This document shows positions 36,044-45,713 of a stretch of DNA of 64,000 nucleotides, piece by piece. Location: contig CAVTGH010000006.1 of assembly GCA_963734215.1 (NCBI GenBank), positions 69,453 through 133,452 of the forward strand, in the 5' to 3' direction. The notes below the pieces were generated by a model. That model was given only the letters and a program-made list of their open reading frames with translations. It had not been told where the DNA came from and made no database searches. Made by a program: the position numbers and the translations under genes. Numbering within the stretch: position 1 is the stretch's first letter; each line of letters begins with the position of its first letter. This DNA is from an uncultured Acidobacteriaceae bacterium. Lineage in GTDB: Bacteria > Acidobacteriota > Terriglobia > Terriglobales > Acidobacteriaceae.

Positions 36044-36457
36044 ATGGCGTCTCTCCCTCAGGTAGATCCCGTCGCTGAACTATTGAAGCGCGCAAAGACC
36101 ATTGCGGTGGTCGGACTTTCCGACGATCCGCTGCGTCCGAGCCATGGGGTTTCGGCCTATATGCAGAGCCATGGTTACCGCATTATTCCGGTGAATCCGC
36201 AGATTGAGTCTGGTTTGGGCGAGAAGGCTTATGCTTCATTGCTCGAGGTGCCGGAGAAGATCGACATTGTGAATATTTTCCGGCGGCCGGAGTTTGTGGA
36301 GGAGGTTGTGGACCAAGCCATTCAGTTGGGAGTGCCGGCAATCTGGATGCAGGAAGATGTGATTCATGAGAAGGCTGCGGAGAAGGCGCGCAAGGCGGGG
36401 ATTTTTGTGGTGATGGACCGCTGCCTTCTGAAGGAACATCGGGTGCGCTTCCGATGA
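36044..36457 (+). CDS. CoA-binding domain protein (YccU/YneT-like)
   Basis: AKTIAVVGLSDDPLRPSHGVSAYMQSHGYRIIPVNP...DIVNIFRRPEFV. Confidence 0.8.
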   Translation: MASLPQVDPVAELLKRAKTIAVVGLSDDPLRPSHGVSAYMQSHGYRIIPVNPQIESGLGEKAYASLLEVPEKIDIVNIFRRPEFVEEVVDQAIQLGVPAIWMQEDVIHEKAAEKARKAGIFVVMDRCLLKEHRVRFR

Positions 36458-37518
36458 GCGGCAGAAGGACAAGGACTAAGATAGACTTTTGCCAACGAGG
36501 GAACCCTTTGAATCATGACGCAACGCCGATACCCACCACCGAACCCATCCCGCCTATGCAAACCTCGGTTCTCCGCAAGATCTTCATAGGCAAAGACGGC
36601 CTGCGCGCCGGCTGGAGCCTGCTGATCTTCATCGCTATCGTCGCGGCCATAGCCTTCTGCGTCAACTTCGTCGGCCATAAGCTGCTCCACCTGCCTGCTC
36701 CGAAGGCCCCGAAGACAGGCTCGGAGATTTCTCCAGCTTTCATCTTGATCGGCGACTCGGTTCTCTTTCTCGTGACCCTCCTCGCCACCTGGGTCATGTC
36801 GAAGATCGAGCAACGCCCCAACTCCGTCTACGGTCTGGGCGGCAACCGCAAGCTCCCGCACTTCTTCGCCGGCCTGGCCTGGGGAGTTACCTGTCTCTCG
36901 CTCCTCGTCCTGACCCTTGTGAAGACGGGGCTCCTCGTCATCGACAGCCGCCTGCTCTTTGGCAGCGACGTTTTCCGTTACGGAGCAATCTGGCTACTCG
37001 GCTTCCTCCTGGTCGGCCTGGCCGAGGAGTACAGCACTCGCGGCTACCTCCAGTACACGCTCACTCGCGGCCTGGCCGGCCTCTACCAGTGGGCCTTCAA
37101 GACGCGCCACAGCGCAGCGTTAGGTTTCTGGACTTCCGCCGTCGTCTTGTCCATTCTCTTCGGGCTCGGCCACGGCTCCAACCCGGGCGAATCTCCGATT
37201 GGACTGCTCTCCGCCGGACTAGTCGCCATCGTCTTCTGCCTCAGCCTCTGGCGCACCGGGTCTCTCTGGTGGGCCATCGGCTTCCACACTTCATGGGACT
37301 GGGGTCAATCCTTCTTCTACGGCGTGGCCGACAGCGGAGCTATGGTTCAGCGCCATCTCCTGGCCACGCATCCCGTGGGCAAGCCCATCCTCAGCGGCGG
37401 AGCCACTGGCCCCGAAGGCAGCATTTTCATCGCCGCCATTCTGGCCCTCATCAGCCTTATTATTGTCTTCACGTTGCCACGCGCGCGCGATGGCGCGACG
37501 CGGGAGCGCTCCGCTTAG
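36454..37518 (+). CDS. CPBP-family intramembrane glutamic endopeptidase (CAAX/Abi)
   Basis: LVGLAEEYSTRGYLQ (EExxxR motif) and ILFGLGH, multi-TM. ATGA overlap with the upstream gene. Confidence 0.8.
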   Translation: MSGRRTRTKIDFCQRGNPLNHDATPIPTTEPIPPMQTSVLRKIFIGKDGLRAGWSLLIFIAIVAAIAFCVNFVGHKLLHLPAPKAPKTGSEISPAFILIGDSVLFLVTLLATWVMSKIEQRPNSVYGLGGNRKLPHFFAGLAWGVTCLSLLVLTLVKTGLLVIDSRLLFGSDVFRYGAIWLLGFLLVGLAEEYSTRGYLQYTLTRGLAGLYQWAFKTRHSAALGFWTSAVVLSILFGLGHGSNPGESPIGLLSAGLVAIVFCLSLWRTGSLWWAIGFHTSWDWGQSFFYGVADSGAMVQRHLLATHPVGKPILSGGATGPEGSIFIAAILALISLIIVFTLPRARDGATRERSA

Positions 37519-38855
37519 CCCCGCCCTGGCGAGCGCAGGCGCTTGATTTCTTCCATCCGATCGCGGATGCGCTTCTCAATTCCCTCACCGGTCGGGCGGT
37601 AATAGATTCGGTCGCGCAAGTTTTCCGGCAGGCACTGCATGTCGGCGACTTTGCCTTCGACATCGTGGGCGTATCGATAATCCTTGCCGTAGCCCAGGCC
37701 TTTCATCAGCGCGGTAGGCGCGTTGCGCAGATGAAGTGGGACGGGTTCGGCGGCAGTTTGTTCGATATCGCGCTGGACATCGCCGTAGGCGGTATAGAGC
37801 GCGTTGGATTTGGGCGCGACTGAGAGATAGACGACGGCTTGCGCCAGCGCGAGATTGCCTTCCGGCATGCCGATGAAATCCACGGCGTCGCGCGCGGCCA
37901 TGCAGAGGGAAAGTGCGTTGGGATCGGCGAGGCCGATGTCTTCCACGGCCATGCGCACAACGCGGCGCGCGATATAGAGCGGGTCTTCACCGGCTTCGAT
38001 CATGCGGCCGAGCCAGTAGAGCGCGGCGTCGGGATCGCTGTTGCGCACGGATTTGTGCAGAGCGGAGATGAGATTGTAATGTTCTTCTCCGGCTTTGTCG
38101 TAGAGCAGAGTGCGTTTCTGCAGAGCGTCGCGAACAATGTCGCCAGTAATTTCGGCGGGCCGAGTTCCGGACTGCTGCGCCAGGCTGGCCGCGACTTCAA
38201 GGACGTTGTACGCGCTGCGGGCGTCGCCGCTGGTGTAGTTGGCGATTTTCTTGAGGACGTCGTCGGAGGCGCGCAACTTCATGGTGCCGAGGCCGCGGTC
38301 TTGGTCCGTGAGAGCGCGATTGAGTAGCTGGACGATTTGATCTTCGGTGAGCGGTTGCAACACGTAGACGCGGCAGCGCGAGAGCAATGCGGAGTTGATC
38401 TCGAACGACGGATTCTCAGTAGTGGCGCCGATCAGGCGGATGTTGCCTTTTTCCACGTGAGGCAGGAAGGCGTCCTGCTGGGCTTTGTTGAAGCGGTGAA
38501 TCTCGTCGATGAAGACAATGGTGCGCGTGCCGTATTGGCGGGCGCGTTCGGCGTCAGCCATGACCTGCTTGATCTCTTTGATTCCGGCGAGGACAGCGGA
38601 GAATTCGATGAACTCCGCTTTGGTCATGTTTGCGAGAATCTTCGCGAGCGTGGTTTTGCCGGTGCCGGGTGGTCCCCAGAAGATGAGGGAGCCGGTATCG
38701 TCGCGGTCGATCTGTGTGCGCAGAGGTTTGCCGGGACCGATGAGATGTTCCTGGCCGGTGTACTCTTCGAGTGTGCGCGGACGCATGCGGTCGGCCAGCG
38801 GGCGGCTGCGGTCGGCGGCACTGTCCAGGTTCGGGGCGGGTTGGAATAATCCCAT
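37515..38855 (-). CDS. rarA: Replication-associated recombination protein A (AAA+ ATPase)
   Basis: FWGPPGTGKTTLAKILA, IVFIDEIHRFNKAQQDAFLPHVE, and MgsA C-terminal domain HYNLISALHKSVRNSDPDAALYWL. Confidence 0.95.
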   Translation of the reverse strand: MGLFQPAPNLDSAADRSRPLADRMRPRTLEEYTGQEHLIGPGKPLRTQIDRDDTGSLIFWGPPGTGKTTLAKILANMTKAEFIEFSAVLAGIKEIKQVMADAERARQYGTRTIVFIDEIHRFNKAQQDAFLPHVEKGNIRLIGATTENPSFEINSALLSRCRVYVLQPLTEDQIVQLLNRALTDQDRGLGTMKLRASDDVLKKIANYTSGDARSAYNVLEVAASLAQQSGTRPAEITGDIVRDALQKRTLLYDKAGEEHYNLISALHKSVRNSDPDAALYWLGRMIEAGEDPLYIARRVVRMAVEDIGLADPNALSLCMAARDAVDFIGMPEGNLALAQAVVYLSVAPKSNALYTAYGDVQRDIEQTAAEPVPLHLRNAPTALMKGLGYGKDYRYAHDVEGKVADMQCLPENLRDRIYYRPTGEGIEKRIRDRMEEIKRLRSPGRG

Positions 38856-38863
38856 AAGACCCC

Positions 38864-38898
38864 TTCACCACAGAGGCACAGAGGCACAGAGAAAACCA
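38864..38898 (+). repeat. Orphan copy of the GxxExxY-gene 5' leader with (CACAGAGR)x3, inverted relative to the copy at 39284-39334
   Basis: ttcacCACAGAGGCACAGAGGCACAGAGAaaacca, 9 nt upstream of the rarA ATG. It lacks the ATG (ccc instead of atg). Confidence 0.7.
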
Positions 38899-38915
38899 CA
38901 AGACAGAAAGAAATC

Positions 38916-39334
38916 TTAAAGAACTCTTCGTGTGATGCCCTTGGTCAGCATCGGGACGTTGAAATTGATGAGAAGGCCGACGCCCTTTCCGGTCAATTGC
39001 ATGTATGTGAGCGGTTGGGCCTCATGAACCGGTAGAACTCGTTCGACACACTTTAACTCTACAACCACCTCTTCATTTACGATCAAGTCCAGTCGGTACC
39101 CGCAGTCGAGCTTCAGCCCCTTGTATTCGACGGGCAGGTCAACCTGACGACGGAAGCCGATCCCTCGCAGATGGAGTTCGTGGCACAAGCACTCCTCGTA
39201 GGCCGATTCCAGCAGCCCGGGCCCCAAGTGACGGTGAACCTCGATCGCTGCACCGATGATGGGACCGGTACGTGGATCTTTATCTTCCTGGTTTTCTCTG
39301 TGTCTCTGTGTCTCTGTGTCTCTGTGGTGAACAT
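38916..39334 (-). pseudogene. GxxExxY protein (PD-(D/E)XK superfamily); its ATG is out of frame with the body because of a 4-copy 8-nt tandem repeat
   Basis: Body frame: ...[71 protein letters not shown]... No ATG or GTG in that frame upstream of the domain. ATG 39334 ([14 protein letters not shown]...) lies in another frame. Confidence 0.7.
39295..39326 (-). repeat. Tandem octanucleotide repeat (CACAGAGA)x4 at the 5' end of the GxxExxY gene
   Basis: Forward strand tctctgtg x4, read directly. The unit length is not a multiple of 3. Confidence 0.9.
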
Positions 39335-39336
39335 AT

Positions 39337-40162
39337 TTACCTTCTTTGCCTTGCGGCCTCGTACAATACGATGCTGGCGGCGACGCCGGCGTTTAGAGAT
39401 TCTACCTGCTGTGCGTGAGGGATGGCGACGACTTCGTCCATTTTGGCCATCAGATCGCGCGGCAGGCCGGAGCCCTCGTTGCCGAAGAAAATCGCGGCAG
39501 GACTCTTCAAATCCGCCTGGTCGAGCGGCGTTCCCTTGTGCGACGAGGTGGCGATCAGGCGCACGCCTTGCGCCCGCAGCTTCTCTGAAACTTGCTCCAG
39601 CTTGCCTGTTGCCGGTTTTCCGTGCGCGAGAACAATGGGTAGCCGGAAGACAGAATCCGGCGGAGGCGCGTACGACTTTCGAATTAAACGGGCTGACCGT
39701 GCCTTCTCCGAGGACCACACCGGCGCTGCCGAAGGCTTCGGAGGAGCGGAGGATGGTGCCCAGATTGCCGGGGTCCTGCAGTCCGGCGAGGACGACGATC
39801 GGGCCTACCTGAAGGCGTTCGGTGACATCGTCGAGCGAAAATTCTTTGAGGCGCACGAGGGCGGCTACGCCTTGCGGGGATTCGCTGGGCACGAGGCTGT
39901 CGAATAATTTGTCGGGAAGGAGCAGGGTTTCGACCTGGGCTCCGATCTGCGGGAGCAGGCGCTCGGCGCGGTCCTGGGCGGACTCGCGAAAAAATACTGC
40001 GCTGAAGCGGAGGCCGCTGCGGATGGCTTCTTCCAGGATGCGCAGGCCTTCGATGGCGCAGTCTCCGGCTTCGGTGAGTTCGGCGCGAGAGAAGGCTTGC
40101 CGCAGTTGTTTGACCAGCGGGTTGTGCCGGCCTTCAATGCGGCGGAGGCGGGAGTGGGGCAT
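39337..40162 (-). pseudogene. SpoU/TrmH-family RNA 2'-O-methyltransferase, frameshifted near 39653-39655
   Basis: Frame A: ...IVVLAGLQDPGNLGTILRSSEAFGSAGVVLGEGTVSPFNSKVVRASAG. Frame B continues SVFRLPIVLAHG...[53 protein letters not shown]. Join at gcc gga (t)tct gtc. Confidence 0.75.
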
Positions 40163-40311
40163 GGGGCGATCATACATGGGTGTGAGGATGGAGACTGATT
40201 CATTCCCTTGAGGTCTGTGACGAGTGAACATGAAAAACCCCGCCCAAGCGAGCTTGGACGGGGCACCCGTGAAGAGTGATGCGAGTCGGTCTCTGTCATG
40301 GGCCGGCCGGG

Positions 40312-41451
40312 CTACGGTTTGATTTTGTATACCGTGCCGTTTCCGACTTCGCCGCCGCCGGTGGAGGTGCCGTAGATATTTCCTGACGGATCGAAAATCA
40401 GCCCCGACATCGGATATCCTGCATCCTTATTGGTGCTGCCAAAATTAAAGAGTCTTGCTTCGGACCAAATTCCAGCCGTCTGACTTAGCTCGTAAAGCGT
40501 CCCAACACCACCGTAACTTACGCCGTACTTGCCTCCGTCAAAAGTGGTGCCGTAGATATTTCCGGCCGCGTCGAGCAGCACTTCACCTTCGGGATTCGCT
40601 CCGTCCAGGCCGTTGCCGAAGGCATGCAGACCTTTTTCGGACCACACGCCGCCGCCTTGCGGAACCAGCTCAAACACAATTCCACGCGCGTACTTACCGC
40701 CGCCAACAGTGGTGCCATAAACGTTGCCGGCGGCGTCCAGAGTCACACCGGACTCGGGAAGCCTTCCGTCCGCGGTCCCACCAGCAAAGTTGTGTATGAT
40801 TGTCTCCGTCCAGCTGTGCAGCACTTCCTCGGACCATGTGCCTCCTGATTGCGGCGACAATTCAAATACGGTTCCGCCGCCCTCTTCGCCGGTGCCAAAG
40901 GCTTCGCCGAATAGGGTGGTGCCGTAGAGGTTGCCTGCCGCGTCAAAGATCATTTGGGCGGACGGGAAAATTCCATCTCCGGTGTCGCCAAAGCTGTGGA
41001 TCACGGTTTCGGTATAGGCGCTACCGGACTGCGGGGAAAGCTCGAATGCTGTGCCCAGGCCTAAGGCTCCGCCGCTGACGGTGGTTCCATAAACATTGCC
41101 AGCCACGTCCAAAACCACCCCGCCCGTCGGTCCGGTTCCGTTGGCTGCGCTATCGAAGCTGTAGATGGTTTCTTCCGTCCACACGCCGCCTCCATGCGGG
41201 GTGACCTTAAATACGAGGCCTCCGTTTACATCGCCGCCGGTGGCAGTGGTGCCGTAGAGATTGCCGTGCGAATCCATGGCAAGAATGCATTGCGGTTTGG
41301 AGCCGTTGCCCGTGCCGGAAAAGCTAACCAGAACTTTGTCCTGAGAGTGGGCGAGTGAGGCGGTTAGGAGCAAGGCGAGAGTGAGCACTGATTTGTGAAC
41401 GTGGGAGGCTGCGAGAGAGAGTCTTCGTTGCGACGATCTTGTCTGCGACAT
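40312..41451 (-). CDS. Secreted Gloeo_Verruco (GloVer) repeat protein
   Basis: Signal peptide after Met21. Repeated about 8 times: G(N)(L/V/I)YGTT..GG..G.G(T/I)VFEL.PQ.GG.W.E..(L/I)H.F. Confidence 0.75.
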   Translation of the reverse strand: MSQTRSSQRRLSLAASHVHKSVLTLALLLTASLAHSQDKVLVSFSGTGNGSKPQCILAMDSHGNLYGTTATGGDVNGGLVFKVTPHGGGVWTEETIYSFDSAANGTGPTGGVVLDVAGNVYGTTVSGGALGLGTAFELSPQSGSAYTETVIHSFGDTGDGIFPSAQMIFDAAGNLYGTTLFGEAFGTGEEGGGTVFELSPQSGGTWSEEVLHSWTETIIHNFAGGTADGRLPESGVTLDAAGNVYGTTVGGGKYARGIVFELVPQGGGVWSEKGLHAFGNGLDGANPEGEVLLDAAGNIYGTTFDGGKYGVSYGGVGTLYELSQTAGIWSEARLFNFGSTNKDAGYPMSGLIFDPSGNIYGTSTGGGEVGNGTVYKIKP

Positions 41452-41594
41452 TGGTGTCACCTCTTTGGTGTGCAGTGCGTTGGAGTTTGGAAAGCGGAAT
41501 CGGCCTTGCATCAGGCTGTGCGCTGAAGCCCGACAGAGGGGAGGGCTACATGGTAGTGCCGCGGGAAAGAGGTGTCAAGGCGGTTGGCCTAGCC

Positions 41595-42884
41595 GGTGAT
41601 GTCAAGCTGCCTGTGTAAATAGGTTGAGGGTGCGGGTTTTCCATTCCAGGTTGAATCTCTGGAAGATGGAGTAGAGGATGCGGTCAACACTGGCTACATT
41701 CACAAAACAAACCATGGGCCGGGTGCGGCGGCGCACTTCGACGAAGCAGCGCTCGATCACGTTGGTGGTGCGCAGCTTCTTACGCAGGTGCGGGGGGAAA
41801 GCGAACGCCGAAAGCAGTTCCGGCAGATCGCGCTCCAACTGGCGCACCATGGGACCGTACTTCCCGCGCCAACGGGCGCGGAAGGCGCGAAAAGCGGCTT
41901 CGGCCTGAGCGCGGCTTTCGGCCAAATAAATCGCCTGCGCTCCCGCTTTCACGTTGTCGTAGTCGGCCTTCTTCACTTTCTCCAGAATGTTGCGCATCTT
42001 GTGGGCCCAGCAGCGCTGATGCCGCACTCGCGGATAGACGGTGCGGATCGCCGCCGCCAGTCCGGGACAGCCGTCGGTGACGATCAGGCCCAGCGCCTTG
42101 CCCTCCAGCCCGCGCCGATACCATATCCTCCAGCAGCCCTTCCCAGTCCGCTTGACTCTCGCCCTGACTCCGCAAAAACGCCAGCAGATGGCGGGTGCCG
42201 TCACGCCGCACTCCGTAGGCCACCAGCATCTGCACCCGCTTGCGCCCCGCCGGACGCCGCACCCGCAAGCTCACTCCGTCCAAAAACAGATACGCGTAGT
42301 TGTCTTCCAACCGCGCCTGGTGGAACTGGCGCACCACTCCGTCCAGATCCCGCGTCAGCTTCGACACCGTCTGCGGGCTCACCACCTCTTCGGTCACCGT
42401 GGCCACCACCCGCCCCACTTGCCGCGTCGAGATGCCGCGCAGAAACGCCTCCCGAATCAGCATCGACACATCTTCGGCGCGCCGCTGAAAAGGTTCCAGC
42501 CCTCGCGGCAGAAAACTCTTCCCTCGGGTGCGCGCCACGCGCAGCCGGATCGTCCCCAACCGAGTCACGAAATCCCGTTCGTAGTAGCCGTTGCGATAGG
42601 GCTGCCGCCGGCTGCGCCGCCGCTGATACACTTCGCGCACCGCATACCGGTCCCGCTCCCGCCGCGAATCCGCCTCCAAACGCTCTTTCCACAGCCGCTT
42701 CGTCTCTCCGTACACATCCCCCCAGAAACTCTCTCTCATCTCCGCCAGAAAATGTTGGTAATGCTCCGTGATTGGGATTATCTTCGCCATCGGGTGTAGG
42801 TCTCCTTTCCAGGAACGGCTTTAGCTTGTGAGGCCAAAGCCAACTTACACCCTCTCGCTTTTACACAATCAAAGTTACGTCACC
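41595..42884 (-). mobile_element. IS256-family insertion sequence, copy 1 (1290 bp, defective) with 9-bp target-site duplication GGCCTAGCC
   Basis: Ends GGTGATGTCAAGCTGCCTGTGTAAA... and ...TTTACACAATCAAAGTTACGTCACC form an imperfect IR. TSD at 41586-41594 and 42885-42893. Near-identical to 53523-54811. Confidence 0.9.
41602..42790 (-). pseudogene. IS256-family transposase, frameshifted (extra C at 42121-42122)
   Basis: Split into ORFs 41780..42790 and 41602..42204. Copy 2 reads gatacatatcc where this copy reads gataccatatcc. There is also a 2-nt difference at about 41685 (D versus N). Confidence 0.9.
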
Positions 42885-43130
42885 GGCCTAGCCCTTCCAT
42901 CGTATTACTGGGCTTAAGTGCAGAGTCATTACGCGAGAATAATTCTTCCCTGCTTCCTAACTATGGGAAGAGGGGATGCGAAGTCAAAATCCCCGCCCTG
43001 CCCCTGCAAATAACCAGGGACAAGGACGGGGCGCCCGCATCGCTCCTGATGTTCGTTTCGTGCCTTCGGCGCTCTCGCGTATTATGATGTTTCACGAACA
43101 AGACACCTCAGACAAAGCAGTTGAGAAGGG

Positions 43131-43787
43131 ATGGCCGTGCGCGCCGAAATCGTAAAAATCAATTGTGAGTCCCCTGAGATTTCTCTGATAAAGTACGCCG
43201 CCGACCAAATTCGCGCGGGCGAAGTGCTGGGCATGCCGACGGACACGTTCTACGGGCTGGCGGCCGATCCATTCAACCTGCGCGCGGTGGAGCGCGTGTA
43301 TGACATCAAGACACGGTCGCGTCACAAACCGCTGTCGCTGCTGATCGAAAGCGTGGACCAGGCGGAGGAACTGGCGAAAGCGCTGCCCGAGGAGTTCTAC
43401 GCGCTGGCGCGGAAGTATTGGCCGGGACCGCTGACCATCATTGTAAAAGCGGGATCGCGGCTGCCGCTGAAGGTGACGGCGAATACCGGCAACGTGGCGT
43501 TGCGCGTGCCGAACGCCAAGATTCCGCTGGCGGTGGTGGCGGCGGCGGCCATTCCGATCACGGCCACGTCGGCAAATTTGAGTGGGGCATCGGAGTGTAC
43601 CACCGCCGAGCAGGTGCATGAACAACTCCACGGCAGGATCAGCATTATTGTGGACGGGGGGAGTTCGCCGCGCGATATTCCATCGACCATCGTCGACTTG
43701 ACCGATGAAAGCGGGCGCTGGCGCATCATGCGCGAAGGCGCGATTCCGGCGGAAGAAATTTCCGCATTTTTTGCCAAAGAAGGATGA
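43131..43787 (+). CDS. tsaC: L-threonylcarbamoyladenylate synthase (Sua5/YrdC/YwlC family)
   Basis: IRAGEVLGMPTDTFYGLAADPFN...RKYWPGPLTII...ALRVPN...ATSANLSG. Confidence 0.9.
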   Translation: MAVRAEIVKINCESPEISLIKYAADQIRAGEVLGMPTDTFYGLAADPFNLRAVERVYDIKTRSRHKPLSLLIESVDQAEELAKALPEEFYALARKYWPGPLTIIVKAGSRLPLKVTANTGNVALRVPNAKIPLAVVAAAAIPITATSANLSGASECTTAEQVHEQLHGRISIIVDGGSSPRDIPSTIVDLTDESGRWRIMREGAIPAEEISAFFAKEG

Positions 43788-44404
43788 CAGACGATTCTGT
43801 TAAGCGGCATCCGGGACGGAGTTGGCTGCTGCGGGTCGAGGCGCTGGCGCTGGTGGCGTTGGCGGGATTCCTGACGCTGACCGGGATTCGCATCGTGCGC
43901 GAAGGATCGCGGCAGGAACTGCACGCGGCGGATGCCATCGTGGTGTTCGGCGCGGCGGAGTATTCCGGCCATCCCTCGCCCGTGTTGCGGGCGCGATTGG
44001 ATCACGCCTTCGAACTTTTCCGCAAGGGTATCGCTCCCGTCGTCATTACGACCGGCGGCGCTGCGTCCGATCCCAGCTTCAGCGAAGGCGGCGTGGGGCG
44101 GGATTATCTGGAGCGCCGCGGAATCCCTGAAAGGAACCTGATTGCCGAGACTCAGGGTTCCGACACCGCGCAATCGGCGGTGCGTGTGGCTGTGATCATG
44201 CGTGCGAATGGATTACATAGTTGCGTGGCCGTCAGCGATGCGTATCACGTGTTCCGCATTAAGCGGCTGCTGGAACACGAGGGGATCGGTCCGGTTTATG
44301 TTGCGCCGCGGCCCGACTCGCGGCCTCGCGGTGCTGTGCAGCGCCTGATTGCCGTGCTGCGCGAGGCGGCCAGCTATCTTTCGTGGCGGGCAGGAATTAC
44401 GTAA
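43784..44404 (+). CDS. DUF218 / YdcF-ElyC family protein
   Basis: DAIVVFGAAEY...PSPVLRARLDHAFELFRKGIAPVVITTGG...ETQGSDTAQS...VSDAYHVFR. Confidence 0.8.
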   Translation: MTDDSVKRHPGRSWLLRVEALALVALAGFLTLTGIRIVREGSRQELHAADAIVVFGAAEYSGHPSPVLRARLDHAFELFRKGIAPVVITTGGAASDPSFSEGGVGRDYLERRGIPERNLIAETQGSDTAQSAVRVAVIMRANGLHSCVAVSDAYHVFRIKRLLEHEGIGPVYVAPRPDSRPRGAVQRLIAVLREAASYLSWRAGIT

Positions 44405-44419
44405 GGCGCCTCCGGCCCC

Positions 44420-44746
44420 TCAGCCTAGGACTCCACTCAGCCCGTGTATCGATGCGATCTCGTAGTGCGCGGATTTTTCGTCGTACCTCGACAAGTACTT
44501 GCGGCGTTCTTCCGGGATGACGGCGGTCTCGTAATCCGCTCCGGCGACGGCCCGAATCGCGTCGATCGAGTCCCAGAGCATAATCGTGATGAACTCCACC
44601 TCGGGACCGGTTCCCCGGCGGAGCAGGTAGCTGCCCCTGTATCCCTTTGCCTGGCCGATGCCGGGCAGGAGCTCCGGCTTCAACATGGCCTCGTACGCAT
44701 CGGCGTGCTCAGACTTCGTATATCCGTGCCATACTCTTGCGATCAC
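44420..44746 (-). CDS. ABM-like (antibiotic biosynthesis monooxygenase superfamily) small protein
   Basis: MIARVWHGYTKSEHADAYEAML...FITIMLWDSIDAIRAVAG, ferredoxin-like pattern. Confidence 0.5.
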   Translation of the reverse strand: MIARVWHGYTKSEHADAYEAMLKPELLPGIGQAKGYRGSYLLRRGTGPEVEFITIMLWDSIDAIRAVAGADYETAVIPEERRKYLSRYDEKSAHYEIASIHGLSGVLG

Positions 44747-44774
44747 GTTATTTCCCTCCCCTGTTGGAACCGCA

Positions 44775-45299
44775 TCACCATGACATCCGCTTGCGGAGTT
44801 CGGCGATGTGCGCTACGTGGTGCCGCCCGTGCCAGGCATACATTGCGAGGGCCTTCTCCAGGCTCATCAGCCCCAACTCGGGGTGACGGAAAGTTCGCTT
44901 CCACTCTTCCGGATTGAGCGATCGCAGAAGGCGGACCCAGCGATCGTGCAGCGAATCCAGCAACGTCAACGAGACTTCCACGGGAGTGGCCTGCGTGTCG
45001 GCGAGTTGGGCCCAGCGGTCTTCAAAGTAGGGCTTGATCGTTGGCTCGTCTTCGGTGAGGGCGAGTTTGAAGCGGACGTAGGCGTTGAGATGGCTGTCCG
45101 GGACGTGGTGTGCGACCTGGCGGACGGTCCAGCCTTCGGGGCGGTAGAGAGTGTCTAGTTGCTGGTCGGAAAGGCCTTTCACGGCGGTGCGGAGATTGGC
45201 GGGAGCTTGCTCGATATCGGCTAGATACTTCCGCTTCTGCTCTTCGGTGGGCGGTCCTTCGTAGGCGAATTTGCCGATGGGATAGCGCAGGTCGGTCAT
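44775..45299 (-). CDS. DinB/YfiT-family metal-dependent hydrolase-like protein
   Basis: Start at ATG 45299 (MTDLRYPIGKFAYEGPPTEEQ...). WTVRQVAHHVPDSHLNAYVRF ... YAWHGRHHVAHI (His triad). Confidence 0.8.
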   Translation of the reverse strand: MTDLRYPIGKFAYEGPPTEEQKRKYLADIEQAPANLRTAVKGLSDQQLDTLYRPEGWTVRQVAHHVPDSHLNAYVRFKLALTEDEPTIKPYFEDRWAQLADTQATPVEVSLTLLDSLHDRWVRLLRSLNPEEWKRTFRHPELGLMSLEKALAMYAWHGRHHVAHIAELRKRMSW

Positions 45300-45426
45300 T
45301 TGGTCTCCGGGACGAGAATGCTTCTTCAGAGATGATTGAAGACGCCAGGAAGGTTCAAGAAAGCGGTTTCCGGTTGGACTCCTGCCTATTTCTAATGTAC
45401 TATTTGAATATGTACATGAGGAATCG

Positions 45427-45711
45427 TTGCCAATGCCGAGAATAGCGGTTGAAGACAACAGCCGGATGTCCCTTCGGATTCGAGCCGGGGAAAAGGCGCT
45501 GCTCATGCGTGCGGTAGCGCTGAAGCACACCGACCTGACCGATTTTGTCCTCCATCACGCCTTGCGCGCCGCCAAGGCGGTCATTGAGGAGGCGGATCAC
45601 GTGCAGCTCTCCGAGAGGGACAGCTTGCGGGTTCTCGATCTATTGGAGAATCCACCCGCGCCGAATGCAAAACTGCTGGCCGCTGCCCGGGCATTGCCCA
45701 AGCGCCGATAA
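45427..45711 (+). CDS. DUF1778 (TacA-type RHH) antitoxin
   Basis: SRMSLRIRAGEKALLMRAVALKHTDLTDFVLHHALRAAKAVIEE...LSERDSLRVLDLLENPP. Confidence 0.85.
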   Translation: MPMPRIAVEDNSRMSLRIRAGEKALLMRAVALKHTDLTDFVLHHALRAAKAVIEEADHVQLSERDSLRVLDLLENPPAPNAKLLAAARALPKRR

Positions 45712-45713
45712 TC

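Noticed and set aside
39113-40231. 372-aa ORF as one real protein.
   Set aside because: Only its first ~170 aa are TrmH-like. The remainder is Arg-rich out-of-frame read-through that runs into the GxxExxY leader. The true C-terminal half is in ORF 39337..39720.
41602-42790. Programmed frameshifting in IS256 copy 1 (two overlapping ORFs).
   Set aside because: The intact copy 2 encodes the same protein as a single 395-aa ORF. Copy 1 differs by one inserted C, so this is a mutation rather than a recoding signal.
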